Positions 47,651 to 59,236 of a stretch of 64,000 nucleotides of DNA are shown piece by piece. The notes beneath the pieces are model-generated. The model ran no database searches. It was given only the letters and a program-made list of their open reading frames with translations, and had not been told where the DNA came from. The stretch's first letter is position 1; each line of letters begins with the position of its first letter. The translations under genes were made by a program, and so were the position numbers. Source of the DNA: Armatimonadota bacterium (GTDB taxonomy: Bacteria; Armatimonadota; SYMT01); contig JBKBRF010000006.1 in assembly GCA_046292385.1 (NCBI GenBank), positions 1 to 64,000 on the forward strand. The letters run 5' to 3'.

Positions 47651-48286
47651 GTGTCCGCACTGCGCGAGCCGGACTGGCTCACGGTCGAGGACTTCTGGGC
47701 CCTGGTGGGAGACGGCGAGAAGGCCGACCTCCTCGATGGGGTGATCCACCTTGCCCCACCGGAGTCGCCGTGGATCAATCTCGCCGCGAACTGGCTCCAG
47801 TTCCTGGTAGCTGGCTACGTCTGTGACCGGCGGCTCGGCATCGTGTTCACTGGTCGAGTCGCCTTCGTGCTGAACGAATTCTGCGCTCCCGAGCCGGATA
47901 TCGCGTTCGTAGCGGCGGCTCGAATGGATGCGGTGGCTGCGGACCGGGTCTGTGGAGCGCCCGACGTGGCGATCGAGATCGTGTCCCGCGACAGCCGAGC
48001 GCGGGACTACGAGGACAAGTACCGCCTCTACGAAGAGGCTGGGGTTCGCGAGTACTGGCTGATCGATCCGATTGAGAATCGCGCGCACTTCCTCCGCCTG
48101 GCGGAGAGCGGCTTTCGGCCGGTGGAGCTGCGAGAGGGTCGCCTGTTCGAGTCCGAGGCGCTCCCGGGCTTCTGGTTGGACACCGGGTGGCTCACCTCGG
48201 AGGAGCGCCCGGACGAATACGAGTGCCTGCAGCGGATCCTGGCCGGCGGACCGGAAGAAATGAAGAGAGAGGCGACCGATGCCTGA
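47651..48286 (+). CDS. Uma2 family (PD-(D/E)xK) putative endonuclease
   Basis: LLDGVI, PEPDIAFV, GAPDVAIEIVS and DK..LY..AGVREYWLIDP. Confidence 0.9.
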   Translation: MSALREPDWLTVEDFWALVGDGEKADLLDGVIHLAPPESPWINLAANWLQFLVAGYVCDRRLGIVFTGRVAFVLNEFCAPEPDIAFVAAARMDAVAADRVCGAPDVAIEIVSRDSRARDYEDKYRLYEEAGVREYWLIDPIENRAHFLRLAESGFRPVELREGRLFESEALPGFWLDTGWLTSEERPDEYECLQRILAGGPEEMKREATDA

Positions 48287-49604
48287 AGTACGCATTCTGC
48301 GAAAATGGGTGGACGATCCGGAGCAGCGCAAGATCGACGTGGCGCTGCAGCGCGGCTACTACACCGCGGCGCGCAAGGCGCTGCTGGAGATGCAGCCGGA
48401 TGAGCTGATCGAGATGGTCCGCGCCTCCGGTCTGCGCGGCCGCGGCGGCGCCGGCGCCCTGACGGGGATGAAGTGGGGCTTCATGCCGAAGGAGCCGACC
48501 GCCGACCGCCCCAACTACCTGATCTGCAACGCGGACGAGTCCGAGCCCGGCACCTACAACAACCGAGAGCTGATGGAGATGGATCCCCACCAGCTCATCG
48601 AGGGGATGATCATCTCCGCCTACGCCATGCGCGTGCGGACGATGTTCATCTACATCCGCGGGGAGATGGTGCTCGGCGCGAAGGTGCTCGCCGACGCGAT
48701 CGCCGCGGCCTACGCCCGTGGCTTCCTGGGCGAGAACATCTTCGGCACCAACTTCTCGACCGACCTGATCCTGCACCGGGGCGCCGGGGCCTACATCTGC
48801 GGGGAGGAGACCGCGCTGATGGACTCCCTGGAAGGCCTGCGCGGCCACCCGCGCAGCAAGCCGCCGTTCCCGGCGGTGCAGGGGCTCTACGGCAAGCCGA
48901 CCACGATCAACAACGTGGAGACGCTCTGCAACGTGCCGCACCTGGTGAACAACGGGGTGGAGTGGTACCGCTCCATGGGAACGGAGAAGAGCACCGGCAG
49001 CAAGATCTTCTCCGTGAGCGGCCACGTGAAGCGCCCCGGCAACTACGAGATCACAATGGGCACGCCGCTCCGGGAGCTGGTGTACGACATCGCCGGCGGC
49101 ATCCGGGACGACCGCGACCTGAAGGCGGTGATTCCGGGCGGCTCTTCCATGCCGATGCTCCCGAAAGAGATCGCGCTCGAGGCGAACATGGACTTCGAGA
49201 GCCTGCAGGCCGCCGGCTCGGCGGTCGGCTCCGGCGGGTTCATCGTCTTCGACGACACCACCGACATCGTGCAGGTGTGCGAAGTAATCGCGCGCTTCTA
49301 CAAGAACGAGAGCTGCGGCAAGTGCGTGCCGTGCCGCATCGGGACCGACTGGATCCACAAGATCATCCTGCGGATCATGCACGGGCACGGCCGGCCGGAG
49401 GACATCAACCTCCTCCGCGGAGTCTGCGTGAATCTGGCGGGCGAAAAGATGATGGACAGCCGCAGCTTCTGCGCGCTGGGCGACGCGGCTGCGTGGCCGA
49501 TCATCTGGGGCGGGCTGAAGCACTTCCAGGACGAGTTCGACTACTGGATTCAGCACAAGAAATCGCCCGTCGGACGAGAAGTCGGAGTGCCGGCCGTCGC
49601 GTAA
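48279..49604 (+). CDS. nuoF: NADH-quinone oxidoreductase subunit F
   Basis: GLRGRGGAG, NADESEPG, YICGEETAL and ESCGKCVPCR. Confidence 0.96.
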   Translation: MPEVRILRKWVDDPEQRKIDVALQRGYYTAARKALLEMQPDELIEMVRASGLRGRGGAGALTGMKWGFMPKEPTADRPNYLICNADESEPGTYNNRELMEMDPHQLIEGMIISAYAMRVRTMFIYIRGEMVLGAKVLADAIAAAYARGFLGENIFGTNFSTDLILHRGAGAYICGEETALMDSLEGLRGHPRSKPPFPAVQGLYGKPTTINNVETLCNVPHLVNNGVEWYRSMGTEKSTGSKIFSVSGHVKRPGNYEITMGTPLRELVYDIAGGIRDDRDLKAVIPGGSSMPMLPKEIALEANMDFESLQAAGSAVGSGGFIVFDDTTDIVQVCEVIARFYKNESCGKCVPCRIGTDWIHKIILRIMHGHGRPEDINLLRGVCVNLAGEKMMDSRSFCALGDAAAWPIIWGGLKHFQDEFDYWIQHKKSPVGREVGVPAVA

Positions 49605-49685
49605 CGAGATAGGTTTCTAAAGGGCTTCCCGCCCGGTCCGCGCCGCCGCCGATTGGCGGTCGCGCGGTAGGATAAGCAGGCCAGA

Positions 49686-52199
49686 ATGGCAACCGAAACC
49701 CAGGCACCCAGCGTCCCGATGGTGACGCTTTCCATAGACGGACGCGAAGTCCAGGTCCCCAAGGGCACCAACGTCATCGAGGCGGCCCGCAAGCTGGGGA
49801 TTCAGATTCCGTACCTCTGCTACCACCACCAGCTCACGCCGTTCGGCGGCTGCCGTCTCTGCCTGGTGGAGGTAGAGAAGGTGCCGAAGCTGCTCGCGGC
49901 GTGCAACACGCTGGTGGCGGACGGCATGGTGGTGCGCACCACCACCTCCAAGGTACGGGAGCAGCGCTCCGGCGCGCTGGAGTTCATCCTGCTGAACCAC
50001 CCGCTCGACTGTCCCGTGTGCGACAAGGGCGGCGAGTGCGAGCTGCAGGACCGCGTCTTCGAGCACAGCAACGCGATCTCCCGCGCCACCGAGCCGAAGA
50101 TCCACATCGAGGACTACGACCTCGGCCCGCTGGTGGTGCGGAACCAGGACCGCTGCATCATCTGCAAGCGCTGCGTGAAGGTGATGGAAGAGGTGGTGGG
50201 GGACCCGGTGCTGGAATTCGGCCAGCGCGGCATCACCACCGAGGTCTACACTTTCGAGCACGAGGAGTTCCGCCCCGGCTTCTCCGGCAACACCATCCGC
50301 GTCTGCCCGGTCGGCGCGCTGATGAGCAAGCCGTTCCGGTTCACCGCCCGCCCGTGGGAGCTCCAGAAGACCCCCAGCGTCTGCAGCCTCTGCAGCGTCG
50401 GCTGCAACGTCCGCCGCGACGTGCGGGAGAACAAGCTGCTGCGCGTGGTCGGCCTGGAGAACCCGCAGGTCAACGACGGCTGGCTCTGCGACCGCGGGCA
50501 GTTTGGCTACGACTACGTGAACAGCGCGGAGCGGCTCGCGGCCCCGCTCATCCGCCGCAGCAAGGGCGGCGCGCTGGAGCCGGTCTCCTGGGATGAAGCG
50601 CTCGGCTTCGTCGCCTCCCGCCTGAAGCAGGTGAAGGAAAGCGGCGGCGCTTTCGCGGCGCTCGGCTCGGAGCGGATCTGCAACGAGGACGCCTACGTCC
50701 TGCAGCAGTTCACCCGCGAGGTGATGGGCAGCGCCCACGTAGACCACCGCGCCGGCAGCACCCGCACCGGGTACCAGGCGCAGCGGCCGACCCCCGGCGC
50801 GATCGCCGCGCTGCCGAAGGCGGACGCGGTCCTCGTGATCGGCTCCGACGTCACCGCGGAAGCGCCGGTGCTCGATCTGGTGCTGAAGCGCAGCATCCTG
50901 CCGAAGAAGTCGAAGCTGATCGTCGCCAACCCGCGCGCCACCGCGCTCGACAAGTTCGCGGCGCAGACCCTCCAGTACCTCCCCGGCCGCGAGATCGCGC
51001 TGGTGAACGCGCTGGTGCAGGCGGTCCTGGAAGAGGGCGGCGCGGGAGCCTCGCTGGCGGGCATCGACGCCGTCCGGCAGGGCCTGGGTGGAGCCACGGT
51101 GGCCCAGCTCGCCGAATCGGCGGGCGCCACTGAAGCGGCGGTGCGCCAGGCGGCGAAGACGTTCGCCGGCGCGAAGCTCGGGAGCATCCTCTACGGCCAG
51201 GCCGCGGCGGACGGCCGCGACGGCGGCTACTTCATCGCGGCGCTGCAGAACCTGGCGCAGGTAGCGGGCCAGTCCGGTAAGGACGGCCACCTGCTGCTCG
51301 AGGTGGTGCGCGAGGCGAACACCTGGGGCGTGCGCGACCTCGGCCTGCTGCCGGACACCGGTCCGGCCGGGGCGCCCGTCACGCGCGGCAAGTCGACGAG
51401 CGAGATCATCCAGGCGGCGGCCGACGGCCAGCTCCAGGCGCTCTACGTCGTGGGCGCCAACCCGGCGGTCGAGCTGCCCGGCGGTGAGAAGGTCCAGGCC
51501 GCGCTCCGCAGCGTGCCGCTCCTGGTGGTGCAGGACCTGTTCCTCACCGAAACCGCGGAGCTGGCGGACGTCGTCTTCCCCAGCGTCGACGTCTCGGAGC
51601 GCAACGCGACGCTCACCAATATCGAGGGACGCGTGCAGCGGGCGGTCCGGTCGATGGACCCGCGGGGTGCCTCCAAGGAAGACTGGCGCATCCTGTCGCT
51701 CATCGCGGAAGAGATGGGGCAGCCGCTCGGATACACCACGGCGGAAAGCGTGCTGAAGCAGATCCGCGCGGCGTTTGCGGGCAAGAACGGGCAGGGCAAG
51801 CCGGCCGGCCTGCAGCGGGTAGAGACGCCCGCCGCGCTGGGCCGCGACGCTGCCTTCCCGCTCCGGCTCTTCACCGGCCGCCTGATGTTCGACCGCAGCG
51901 CCCTGCAGGGACGCTCCACCGTCATCCCCGGCCTGGCGCCCGATCCGTTCGTGGAGATCAATCCGGCGGACGCGCAGCGCTACGGCATCGAAGCGGACAG
52001 CCTGGTCACGGTGGAGACCGCCGTGGGAGCGCTCCGGCTCACCGCCCGCGTGAGCACGTCGGTGCCGGCCGGACACGTCTTCGTCCCCGAGGGGTACTCC
52101 GAAGCCCCCGTTTCGACGCTGCTGACGGAAGGCGCGTCCGTGGTCTCGTGCCGCATCGCCGGCCCAGAAGCACGCCCGGAAGCACGCACGGAAGCATAG
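49686..52199 (+). CDS. nuoG: NADH-quinone oxidoreductase subunit G (with N7-type motif)
   Basis: GCRLCLVE, NHPLDCPVCDKGGEC, CIICKRC and CSLCSVGC...WLCD. Confidence 0.96.
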   Translation: MATETQAPSVPMVTLSIDGREVQVPKGTNVIEAARKLGIQIPYLCYHHQLTPFGGCRLCLVEVEKVPKLLAACNTLVADGMVVRTTTSKVREQRSGALEFILLNHPLDCPVCDKGGECELQDRVFEHSNAISRATEPKIHIEDYDLGPLVVRNQDRCIICKRCVKVMEEVVGDPVLEFGQRGITTEVYTFEHEEFRPGFSGNTIRVCPVGALMSKPFRFTARPWELQKTPSVCSLCSVGCNVRRDVRENKLLRVVGLENPQVNDGWLCDRGQFGYDYVNSAERLAAPLIRRSKGGALEPVSWDEALGFVASRLKQVKESGGAFAALGSERICNEDAYVLQQFTREVMGSAHVDHRAGSTRTGYQAQRPTPGAIAALPKADAVLVIGSDVTAEAPVLDLVLKRSILPKKSKLIVANPRATALDKFAAQTLQYLPGREIALVNALVQAVLEEGGAGASLAGIDAVRQGLGGATVAQLAESAGATEAAVRQAAKTFAGAKLGSILYGQAAADGRDGGYFIAALQNLAQVAGQSGKDGHLLLEVVREANTWGVRDLGLLPDTGPAGAPVTRGKSTSEIIQAAADGQLQALYVVGANPAVELPGGEKVQAALRSVPLLVVQDLFLTETAELADVVFPSVDVSERNATLTNIEGRVQRAVRSMDPRGASKEDWRILSLIAEEMGQPLGYTTAESVLKQIRAAFAGKNGQGKPAGLQRVETPAALGRDAAFPLRLFTGRLMFDRSALQGRSTVIPGLAPDPFVEINPADAQRYGIEADSLVTVETAVGALRLTARVSTSVPAGHVFVPEGYSEAPVSTLLTEGASVVSCRIAGPEARPEARTEA

Positions 52200-52247
52200 A
52201 TCCGGCGCTGCCGGGCTCGTTCGGGAATAGCGGAATTGGAAACGAAC

Positions 52248-53582
52248 ATGCCGTTCGAGGTCGCGGCGATCGCGGCCCTCATCAAGATCGTAGTGGCCCT
52301 CGGCTTCATCATGCTGGCGGTCCCGATGCTCGTCTGGCTCGAGCGCAAGCTCATTGCGGACTTCCAGGCGCGCGTGGGGCCCAGCCGCGTGGGACCGTTC
52401 GGGCTGCTGCAGTCGTTCGTCGACGGCATCAAGCTCCTCACCAAGGAAGCGCTGCAGCCGGCGCAGGTCGACCGGCTGCTCTACTACCTCGGCCCGGTGA
52501 TGGTGATGATCCCCGCGCTGGTGGTGGGGGCGGTGGTGCCGTTCGCCGCGCCGCTGCAGGTGGGGGACTACGTCCACCGGATGGTGATCGCCGATCTTCC
52601 GATCGGGATCCTCTTCATCCTGGCGCTCACCTCGATCAGCGTCTACGGGATCGTGCTCTCCGGCTGGTCTTCCAACAGCAAGTACTCTCTACTCGGTGCC
52701 CTCCGCTCCGCCGCGCAGATGGTGAGCTACGAGCTGCCGCTCGGTCTTAGCCTCATCGCCGGCCTGATGATCGCGAGCTGGGCCGACCCGCAGGGCCTCT
52801 TCGGCCTGAGCCTGGTGCGGGTGGTGGAGGCGCAGGACGGCGGCATTTTGAACTGGGTCGCCTTCAACTACCGCTTCGGCTTCCTCGGGCTGATCGCCCT
52901 CGTGATGTTCTACATCTGCGGCCTGGCGGAGACGAACCGCGCCCCCTTCGACCTCCCCGAGGCGGAGACGGAGCTCGTCGCCGGCTACCTTACCGAGTAC
53001 GGCGGCATGAAGTGGGCGATGTTCTTCCTGGGCGAGTACGCGGCGATGCTGAACGTCGCGGCGGTGGCGACGACCGTCTTCCTGGGCGGCTGGCACTCTC
53101 CCTATCCGGAGAGCTGGCTCCCGATCGCGGTGAACTCGCTCCCGTACATGCTGCACGGGCTGCTCTGGTTCGGGCTCAAGATCTTCCTCATCATCGTGAT
53201 CTACATGTGGATTCGCGCTACCCTGCCGCGGATGCGCTACGACCACCTGATGAGCTTCGCGTGGAAAGGGCTGCTGCCCGGGTCGCTCGTGATGATCTTC
53301 GTCGTCGCGACGATCCTCACCGCCGCGCACGCGGAGCCGCCGCCGGCAGTGCTGCTGGGCCCGGGCGCGCAGAACGACCAGCGCCAGCTCCCCGCTCCGC
53401 CGATCGAGACCCCGGGCGGAGAGCCCGGAGCCCCCGCGGGCAACGCTCCCGCGGCCAATGCTCCCGCGGCGAACACGCCCGGAGCGGCGGCACCGGTCGG
53501 GAATGCCCCGGCCGAAGCGCCTGCTAACGCTAACAACCCGGCGGCACCGGCCGGAAACGCGCCGGCGCCGGGAGGACAATAG
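52248..53582 (+). CDS. nuoH: NADH-quinone oxidoreductase subunit H with Pro/Ala/Asn-rich tail
   Basis: ERK...R.GP, DGIKLLTKE and AETNRAPFDLPEAE. Confidence 0.96.
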   Translation: MPFEVAAIAALIKIVVALGFIMLAVPMLVWLERKLIADFQARVGPSRVGPFGLLQSFVDGIKLLTKEALQPAQVDRLLYYLGPVMVMIPALVVGAVVPFAAPLQVGDYVHRMVIADLPIGILFILALTSISVYGIVLSGWSSNSKYSLLGALRSAAQMVSYELPLGLSLIAGLMIASWADPQGLFGLSLVRVVEAQDGGILNWVAFNYRFGFLGLIALVMFYICGLAETNRAPFDLPEAETELVAGYLTEYGGMKWAMFFLGEYAAMLNVAAVATTVFLGGWHSPYPESWLPIAVNSLPYMLHGLLWFGLKIFLIIVIYMWIRATLPRMRYDHLMSFAWKGLLPGSLVMIFVVATILTAAHAEPPPAVLLGPGAQNDQRQLPAPPIETPGGEPGAPAGNAPAANAPAANTPGAAAPVGNAPAEAPANANNPAAPAGNAPAPGGQ

Positions 53583-53588
53583 ATCACC

Positions 53589-54095
53589 ATGGCACTTCAA
53601 CAGGAAGTCGTCAGCCGCCGCCGGCGGTCCACCACGCTGGGCAACATCGGCGCCCTCGTGAAGGGGCTGCTCACCACCGCCCAGGAAGCGCTGGTCGGCG
53701 AGCGGGTGACGCAGAACTACCCGGAAGATCACTACGTGCCGTTCCCGCGCTGGCGCGGCCGGCACGTGCTGCGGCGCCACGAGAATGGGCTGGAGAAGTG
53801 TGTCGGCTGCGCCCTCTGCGCCGCGGCCTGCCCGGCGCACTGCATCCGCGTCATCGCCGGGGAGAATACCGACACGCACCGCATCTCCGAGGGAGAGCGG
53901 TACGCGGAGGTGTACGAGATTCACATGCTGCGCTGCATCTTCTGCGGCTACTGCGTGGAGGCGTGTCCCACGGAAGCGCTCGGCATGACCGGCGAGTACG
54001 AGCTGGCCACGTTCAGCCGCGAAGCGCAGCTCTACGGTAAGGAGCGCCTGCTGGAGCCCGTTCCGGTGAACGACGGCTCCATGAAAGGCGACTGA
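53589..54095 (+). CDS. nuoI: NADH-quinone oxidoreductase subunit I
   Basis: Two CxxCxxCxxxCP motifs. Confidence 0.96.
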   Translation: MALQQEVVSRRRRSTTLGNIGALVKGLLTTAQEALVGERVTQNYPEDHYVPFPRWRGRHVLRRHENGLEKCVGCALCAAACPAHCIRVIAGENTDTHRISEGERYAEVYEIHMLRCIFCGYCVEACPTEALGMTGEYELATFSREAQLYGKERLLEPVPVNDGSMKGD

Positions 54096-54238
54096 GATTC
54101 GATTTGTGCCCGGCGCGCGGCGCGTCCGCGCGCCGTTAGCCTGTTTGCTTCAGAGGCGAAGCTAGGCGTTCCCGGAAGCCCCGCTTCCCGCCTGCTCGGC
54201 CTCGTCGACCCGTAACTCAACGACGGAGTCCTGCCCGA

Positions 54239-54793
54239 ATGGGTCTGCAAATCCTCTTCTGGATACTGGCCGGGCTGTCGGTCATCACCGCCCTCACGGT
54301 GGTGATCCACCGGAATCCCATGCGCGCCGCCCTGGCGCTGGTGGTGAACTTCCTCAGCCTCGCCGTCCTCTACATCCTGCTCAACGCGCAGGTGCTCGCG
54401 GCGCTGCAGGTGATCGTCTACGCCGGCGCCATCATGGTGCTGGTGCTCTTCGTGATCCAGCTCCTCAACCTGGGCGGGGAGAACGTGCGGGAGGACCCGC
54501 TCGGCATCGGCCAGCGGCTGGCCGCCGCGCTGCTGGGCATGCTGCTGCTCGGCGGCATCATGTACGGCATCAACGCCTACGCCGGCCGCGCGCCGGCCGG
54601 CGTCTCGCCGCGGCTGCAGCAGCTGCAGCAGGCGGACATCCCGCAGATCCAGATCATCGGCTGGGACCTGTTCACCCGGTACGTCTACCCGTTCGAGCTC
54701 ACCTCGCTGCTGCTGCTGGTGGGGGTGATCGGCGTGCTGATCTTCACTCGCCGCCGCACCACCCAGGTAACCCAAAATGGCCGCAATCCCTAA
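54239..54793 (+). CDS. nuoJ: NADH-quinone oxidoreductase subunit J
   Basis: [12 protein letters not shown] and YPFE. Confidence 0.95.
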   Translation: MGLQILFWILAGLSVITALTVVIHRNPMRAALALVVNFLSLAVLYILLNAQVLAALQVIVYAGAIMVLVLFVIQLLNLGGENVREDPLGIGQRLAAALLGMLLLGGIMYGINAYAGRAPAGVSPRLQQLQQADIPQIQIIGWDLFTRYVYPFELTSLLLLVGVIGVLIFTRRRTTQVTQNGRNP

Positions 54794-55082
54794 CCATTAC
54801 TTCCTGGGCCTGGCGGCGGTGCTCTTCACCATCGGCGCGGTGGGGGTGCTGATCCGCAAGAACCCGATCGTGATCTTCATGTGCATCGAGCTGATGCTGA
54901 ACTCCGCCAACCTGGCGTTCATCACCTTCAGCCGCACGCAGGGGTACGACGGGCAGATCTTCGCATTCTTCGTGATGACTGTCGCCGCGGCGGAAGTCGC
55001 CGTCGGCCTCGGCATCATCGTCTCCATCTTCCGAGAGCGCCACGACATCAACGTGGACGAGGTCAACCTCCTCAAGGGATAG
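54777..55082 (+). CDS. nuoK: NADH-quinone oxidoreductase subunit K
   Basis: IELMLN and [10 protein letters not shown]. Confidence 0.96.
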   Translation: MAAIPNHYFLGLAAVLFTIGAVGVLIRKNPIVIFMCIELMLNSANLAFITFSRTQGYDGQIFAFFVMTVAAAEVAVGLGIIVSIFRERHDINVDEVNLLKG

Positions 55083-55144
55083 CGTTAGGGGCGGCCGGGC
55101 ATCCGCGGATGGGCCGCCCTTCTCGATGACGGAACAACGTGGTT

Positions 55145-57427
<2,283 letters not shown>

Positions 57428-57463
57428 ACGCCCTGCTTCGCCCTTCAAGTACGTGAACGCCTC

Positions 57464-59236
57464 ATGAATCCCGAAGCCGTTCTCAACCTGGTGCTGTACC
57501 TCCCGCTCGCCGGAGCCGTGCTCCTGGCGATGCTGCCGCGGGATCAGCACGCCTGGCACCGGTACACGGCGCTCGGCATCGCCATCGCCACCATGCTGGT
57601 GTCGTGGACGCTCCTGTTCGAGTTCCGGACCACCAGCGATCAGGTGTACCAGTTCGTGCTCGAGGCGGACTGGATCCCGCAGTTCGGCATCAAGTACAAG
57701 ACCGGGGTCGACGGGATCAGCTTTACCCTGATCCTGCTCACCACGCTCCTCTCGACCATCGCGGTCCTCAGCTCGTTCGACGCGATCCAGAGCCGGGTGC
57801 GGGAGTACTACCTCTGCCTGCTGCTGCTCGAGACCGGAATGCTGGGAGTGTTCATGTCGCTCGACATGATCCTCTTCTACGTCTTCTGGGAAGCGATGCT
57901 GATCCCGATGTACTTCCTCATCGGGATCTGGGGCGGGGCTCGCCGGCGCTACGCGACGATCAAGTTCGTGCTCTACACGCTGGTCGGCAGCCTCTTGATG
58001 CTGGTGGCGATCGTCTGGGTCTACTACGCCTCCGCGCAGGCGGGGACCGGCACGTTCGACATCACGCTGCTGACGGACCCGCTCGGCCCGCTGCAGGCGA
58101 CGACGGCCCTCACGCCGGACGTGCGCTTCTGGCTCTTCCTGGCGTTCACCGCGGCGTTCGCCATCAAGGTGCCGATGTTCCCGGTCCACACCTGGCTGCC
58201 GGATGCCCACGTGGAGGCGCCGACCGCCGGCTCCGTGATCCTGGCGGGCGTGCTGCTGAAGATGGGGACCTACGGCTTCGTCCGGTTCTGCATCCCGCTC
58301 TTCCCGGACGTGGCGATCGACCTGGCGCCGTGGTTCCTGGCCCTCTCCGCGATCGGCATCATCTACGGCGCGCTGATGGCCTACGTCCAGGTAGACGTCA
58401 AGCGCCTGGTGGCCTACTCCTCGGTGAGCCACCTCGGCTTCTGCGTGCTCGGGCTCTTCGCCTTCACGGTGGAGGGGGTCGGCGGCAGCGTGCTGCAGAT
58501 GATCAACCACGGCCTCAGCACCGGCGCGCTGTTCCTTCTGGTCGGAATGCTCTACGAGCGGCGGCACACCCGGGACATCGCGGCGTTCGGCGGGATCTGG
58601 AAAGTGATGCCGGTCTTCACCGCGTTCTTCCTGATCACCACGCTCTCCAGTATCGGGCTTCCGGGGCTGAACGGCTTCGTGGGTGAGTTCCTGGTACTGC
58701 TCGGCACCTGGGGTGCGCCGGTGCGTGGGGCGCAGCTCTTCACCATCCTCTCCGCAACCGGCGTCATCCTTGGCGCGATCTACATGCTCTGGATGTTCCA
58801 GCGCGTCTTCCAGGGGCCGATCACTCACGCCGAGAACCGCAAGCTGAGCGACGTGAACTGGCGAGAGATCGCCGCGGTCCTGCCGCTGATCCTGCTGATG
58901 TTCTGGATCGGCGTGCGGCCGACTACGGTGACCCGCATGTTCGACCAGGCGGTCTATACCCAGGTGGTGCAGCCGGTCGACCGCGCCCGCATGCTGCAGA
59001 ACATGCCGGAAGCCGCCCCGTTCGGCGGCCAGGGGCTGCCCCCCGGCTTTGGCGCACCTCCCGGCGGGCTCCCACCGGGCTTCGGAGCGCCTCCCGGCGG
59101 CGGGGGGCTGCCGCCCGGCCTGATGCCGCCTCCCGCTCCGGGCGGAGCCCCGGAGGGAGGCTCGGCCCCGCCTCCCGCTCCCGGCGGCGCCGGCACGGCT
59201 CCCGCGGGCGGAGCCGGTAGCGAGGGATCCCGCTGA
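57464..59236 (+). CDS. nuoM: NADH-quinone oxidoreductase subunit M with Pro/Gly-rich tail
   Basis: FWEAMLIPMY and HTWLPDAHVEAP. Confidence 0.96.
   Translation: MNPEAVLNLVLYLPLAGAVLLAMLPRDQHAWHRYTALGIAIATMLVSWTLLFEFRTTSDQVYQFVLEADWIPQFGIKYKTGVDGISFTLILLTTLLSTIAVLSSFDAIQSRVREYYLCLLLLETGMLGVFMSLDMILFYVFWEAMLIPMYFLIGIWGGARRRYATIKFVLYTLVGSLLMLVAIVWVYYASAQAGTGTFDITLLTDPLGPLQATTALTPDVRFWLFLAFTAAFAIKVPMFPVHTWLPDAHVEAPTAGSVILAGVLLKMGTYGFVRFCIPLFPDVAIDLAPWFLALSAIGIIYGALMAYVQVDVKRLVAYSSVSHLGFCVLGLFAFTVEGVGGSVLQMINHGLSTGALFLLVGMLYERRHTRDIAAFGGIWKVMPVFTAFFLITTLSSIGLPGLNGFVGEFLVLLGTWGAPVRGAQLFTILSATGVILGAIYMLWMFQRVFQGPITHAENRKLSDVNWREIAAVLPLILLMFWIGVRPTTVTRMFDQAVYTQVVQPVDRARMLQNMPEAAPFGGQGLPPGFGAPPGGLPPGFGAPPGGGGLPPGLMPPPAPGGAPEGGSAPPPAPGGAGTAPAGGAGSEGSR

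Noticed and set aside
52164..52196. 12-bp tandem repeat (GAAGCACGC..) at the end of nuoG
   Set aside because: A short slippage repeat in a variable tail, with no evidence of function.
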